A stretch of 64,000 bases of DNA, from assembly GCF_035084215.1 (NCBI RefSeq), contig NC_090353.1, forward strand, positions 20,708,001 through 20,772,000, given 5' to 3'. A program made the position numbers and the translations under genes. Positions within the stretch are counted from its first letter, which is position 1. Every line of letters starts with the position of its first letter. This DNA comes from Heptranchias perlo (taxonomy: Eukaryota). The notes under the pieces are model-generated. The model worked only from the letters and a program-made list of their open reading frames with translations. It made no database searches and was not told where the DNA came from. Of the stretch, positions 62,933 to 64,000 are shown one piece after another.

Positions 62933-63208
62933 CCCTGCAAATACACCTACACCCACTCTGCAGTGACACAATTGGTGGCATCAGGTGTGGGTCTTCATGG
63001 TGATCCTCAGGAAAGGGAATTATTGCACAAACCAGACAAGATTTGCAAAGATGTGGCCATACTGGTGATAACAATTTTTTATGTTTTTTTGCAAAACAAA
63101 CAAAAGTAAATCAAAAACATGACATTTTGTCTTACACCCTTGTGCATCCCCTTTGTGCTCACAAAACCTTCGCCTTACGTTTACGGGAACCCCTACGTGG
63201 TGCTACCC

Positions 63209-63940
63209 CTATGGCTTCAGCAGAGATAGTGGCAGGTTGCTCTTGTCCATGCCCTGACCAATGAGATGCTTTGCGCAGACGCCCTCTGGGTTTCGTGCCC
63301 GTGAGGGCCCCTCCAAAGACTGCTCCACCTGCACCTGTGCAGGGGCAGACTCGGCCACCTGGAGAGGAGGCAGCACAGCGGGTACTGGTTGAGAGGGAGG
63401 CAACGGGTGAGACGTGGGAGCGCTTTGAGTGGCATCCACACTTCCATGTTCCCTTTCACCATCATCCTTCTCCTGGCCCAGGCCCATATCACTCCTTTCA
63501 CTATGTTGGATGACAGTTTGGAGGACTTGTGTGAAGCCTTGGAAGGCCAGTTGTAAGGTATCTGTCAGCCTGTTTAAGGCGGCAGAATGTTGCTCACCCT
63601 GAATCCAAACGGCCTTTGTCAGGGCCTGAATGGACTCATTGTTGAGCCGTGCTTGAAGCTTGATGGAGGCTAACCTTTGCTCCATCGCAGACATTCCCGC
63701 ACCTAACCATGACACTATCTCGGAGATGCCTTCACGTCCCTGCGATACTATCTCGGAGATACCCTCCTGTAACCGTGCCACCTTTCCACTCATGCAGGAG
63801 TTGGACTCCTCCATCCTCTGCACGATTGTGGAGAGTGCGTGTGGCTACTGTTCCAGTACCTCGGCAATGTGCTGCTGGCCCTCGATGACTCTCCTTTTCA
63901 TGGCTGGCCCCCAAGTTTCAGCATCTGGGTCCAGCTGAGC
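63209..63940 (-). pseudogene. C-terminal coiled-coil/low-complexity exon of the Harbinger second (Myb-type) gene
   Basis: ORF 63209..63823 (QRMEESNSC...EGISEIVS...EQHSAALNRL) lies convergent to the transposase. The Myb domain itself is outside the window, so this is inferred. Confidence 0.55.
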
Positions 63941-64000
63941 AGAGCCTGGAGAATAGTGCTCCCGCCGACACAGACTCTCCATGCCTGCCCCTGCGCCCAG

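Larger units (their letters stand above)
61931..64000. mobile_element. PIF/Harbinger transposon (internally deleted; runs off window)
   Basis: TIR-like gggattgattttagg, CpG-rich subterminus, transposase N-terminus (+) convergent with a second gene (-). Confidence 0.8.

Overview
Repeat-dominated eukaryotic genomic DNA, most likely intronic or intergenic sequence from a cartilaginous fish. This attribution is an inference from the shark-type CR1 tails, Deu-type SINEs and Penelope-type termini. I could not confidently recognise any host protein-coding exon, rRNA, true tRNA gene or CRISPR array. The window is a mosaic of CR1 LINEs of several ages, L2 LINEs, a poly(A)-tailed CR1-group LINE, a decayed L1, tRNA-derived SINEs, PIF/Harbinger transposons (DDE transposase plus Myb/SANT genes) with non-autonomous derivatives, and five long minisatellites. 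Every long ORF is either transposon-derived or an artefact of tandem repeats. The most notable items are minimal hammerhead-ribozyme motifs in Penelope-like fragments, an apparent ~370-bp target-site duplication around a nested L2 insertion, minisatellites that arose inside TEs, a CpG-rich ancient CR1 relic and candidate CTCF sites. I found no convincing wholly new biological system. Family names come from motif recognition, not database searches, and boundaries of old repeats are approximate.
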